In this document: in pieces, positions 62,361 through 64,000 of the stretch
Position numbering within the stretch: position 1 is the first letter of the stretch
How the letters are laid out: each line of letters opens with the position of its first letter
From: Asterionella formosa
Lineage: Eukaryota
DNA: 64,000 nucleotides
NCBI GenBank assembly: GCA_002256025.1
Contig: NKIB01006909.1
Span: 1-64,000 of the forward strand
Reading direction: 5' to 3'
Made by a program: the position numbers and the translations under genes
The notes under the pieces: generated by a model
Seen by the model: the letters and a program-made list of their open reading frames with translations, nothing else
The model's database searches: none
Told to the model about the DNA's origin: nothing

Positions 62361-64000
62361 GATTTGGAGATTTCAATATGAAGAATGGTCAAAGGTGAGA
62401 ATGAGGGCGGCTGCTGTTCTATGGACCACCTATTATTTCACATATGATGTGTATTGTGTTTTGATATGGAGCGGAGTACTCTTATGTACTCACACTCATA
62501 TGGATGAAACAATACAGGGTATAATTGTTAGAGCCTTCATTAGCTCCATGCAGGCAGAACGAGGTCTATTCTATGAAAATGTTGTAAGATAATAGATATT
62601 CATATATGTATATGAACATAAAATATGCTTGTTGGGCGCTCTACACATGTGGTCGGCCACTATGTTTTTATCTCATCAATACTATTAGCAATGTTTGTTC
62701 CTGCTGCTGGAGATTCAAAGGTTCTTATTGGATTTTTGATGAAGAAGGACAAAGATTGGCAATGTTCCCCTGGTATTCAGCCATGTATTCTACTAGGCCA
62801 CATGAGTGACATGCCAGATCACAATGAATCTACTTTTTTGCTAGCGGGCCTTTTTGTATTTCCGATGCGCCTTGCTCGTTGTTGCTTACCACCACAAATC
62901 AATGGTATTTTGCATATTACTGTAAAATAATGTATGAGTCAAATATCGCATAAAATATTCATCAATACATCGCTCGTCCACACGGTGTTGTTTAGAATTT
63001 ACAAAAACTGTTTGTTTACCAACAATATACTGATAGATAAAACACGGCGCACATGTCATTTATATTCTGTCAGATGCTTCTGGTTTGAATTGATACAAAG
63101 ACGATAGCACTTACCGATTGTCTTTTTTCCACATTGGTGTTCTCCCACCAAATTTGCATAATCTGTTATTCAATCACTTGAAGTGGAAGCACGCATAAAA
63201 GTTAACCCAACTATCAAAGATCCTGGCTTTTCCCCTTAACCTATTAAGGCTTGTTTCTGTTCACCTTTCCGTATTTTTTCCCGTAAAGCCGCAAGTTATA
63301 TCATTAATTTATAGCGGAAGTGAACAGGTAGTTTATCGTTTTTGTTAATTTTTCATTTCAGGTAGCATGCATGAGAATGAAGATGTAATCACGATTCTAA
63401 GTATACCATAGCCATGTATATATCTATACAAATTTTGTATTATACTTTTATATAGTTGAACAACATTTCCAAAATTCAAAAAGGTAGCTAACCTAAAAAT
63501 GCTACATCTATGGCACAATATCACCAATATTTCCGATACCAAATTCCAATTTAAACAATGCTGGATGAGTTCATTGTTTTCCACGATCTGATGTACTGTT
63601 TTGAATTTTTCCAGTAAAAATTCCAGGTAGTAATAGTCAGTGATTAAGCCCGTCATCAGTGTTGACAGGCGTAACATTTGGTGCTGTCCCAATACTTCTA
63701 TTTATCCTAGAAATCAAATAGAAAGCATAGTGTTGATAGTAAATCGAAATATCTTAGACCAAATTACACATTACGGCCGTTATTGATTGATTACGATAGA
63801 AGGATAATTTCGAACACATACGTACATACAGAGTACCATACATTTGATTGTCCAGGTCAGAGCTACCCCCGCCCCTAATGTACATTGCTGCCATGACTGA
63901 ATTTGACTGATTTAAGGGGGTCTAGGTTCATCGAGAGATCTCCACTATAATGGACCAAAGTAAATTTCATAAGTTCTACAGAATGGAGTGTTTCTTTCTA

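Overview
Eukaryotic nuclear DNA, most likely from a diatom or related stramenopile alga. The basis is short spliceosomal introns with CTAAC/CTGAC branch points, signal peptides followed by ASAFAP-like plastid motifs, and a diatom-type Copia remnant. About 22 protein genes are supported: RPL21, an EXO1-like nuclease, an 1857-aa unknown, a metallophosphoesterase, a ZIP transporter, a plastid protein with an internal stop, a CbbY-like HAD, MgtC, SfsA, ALKBH1, a 426-aa unknown, GPD, NDUFA1, a SPAG7-like protein, GALE, ABHD17, RBM42, PSMC2/RPT1, NIP7, a mitochondrial carrier, DAP3, and a partial gene at the left edge. AT-rich spacers full of transposon debris lie between them. The clearest non-coding structures are: (1) a 235-bp tRNA-headed SINE-like element with a perfect 18-bp target-site duplication and a second, 5'-truncated copy; (2) a 4.67-kb element with 23-bp terminal inverted repeats and a 0.71-kb MITE-like relative; (3) recurrent GGTACC/CCWGG/ACCGGT palindrome clusters, mostly upstream of genes. 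All product calls come from motif recognition by eye; no database search was run.
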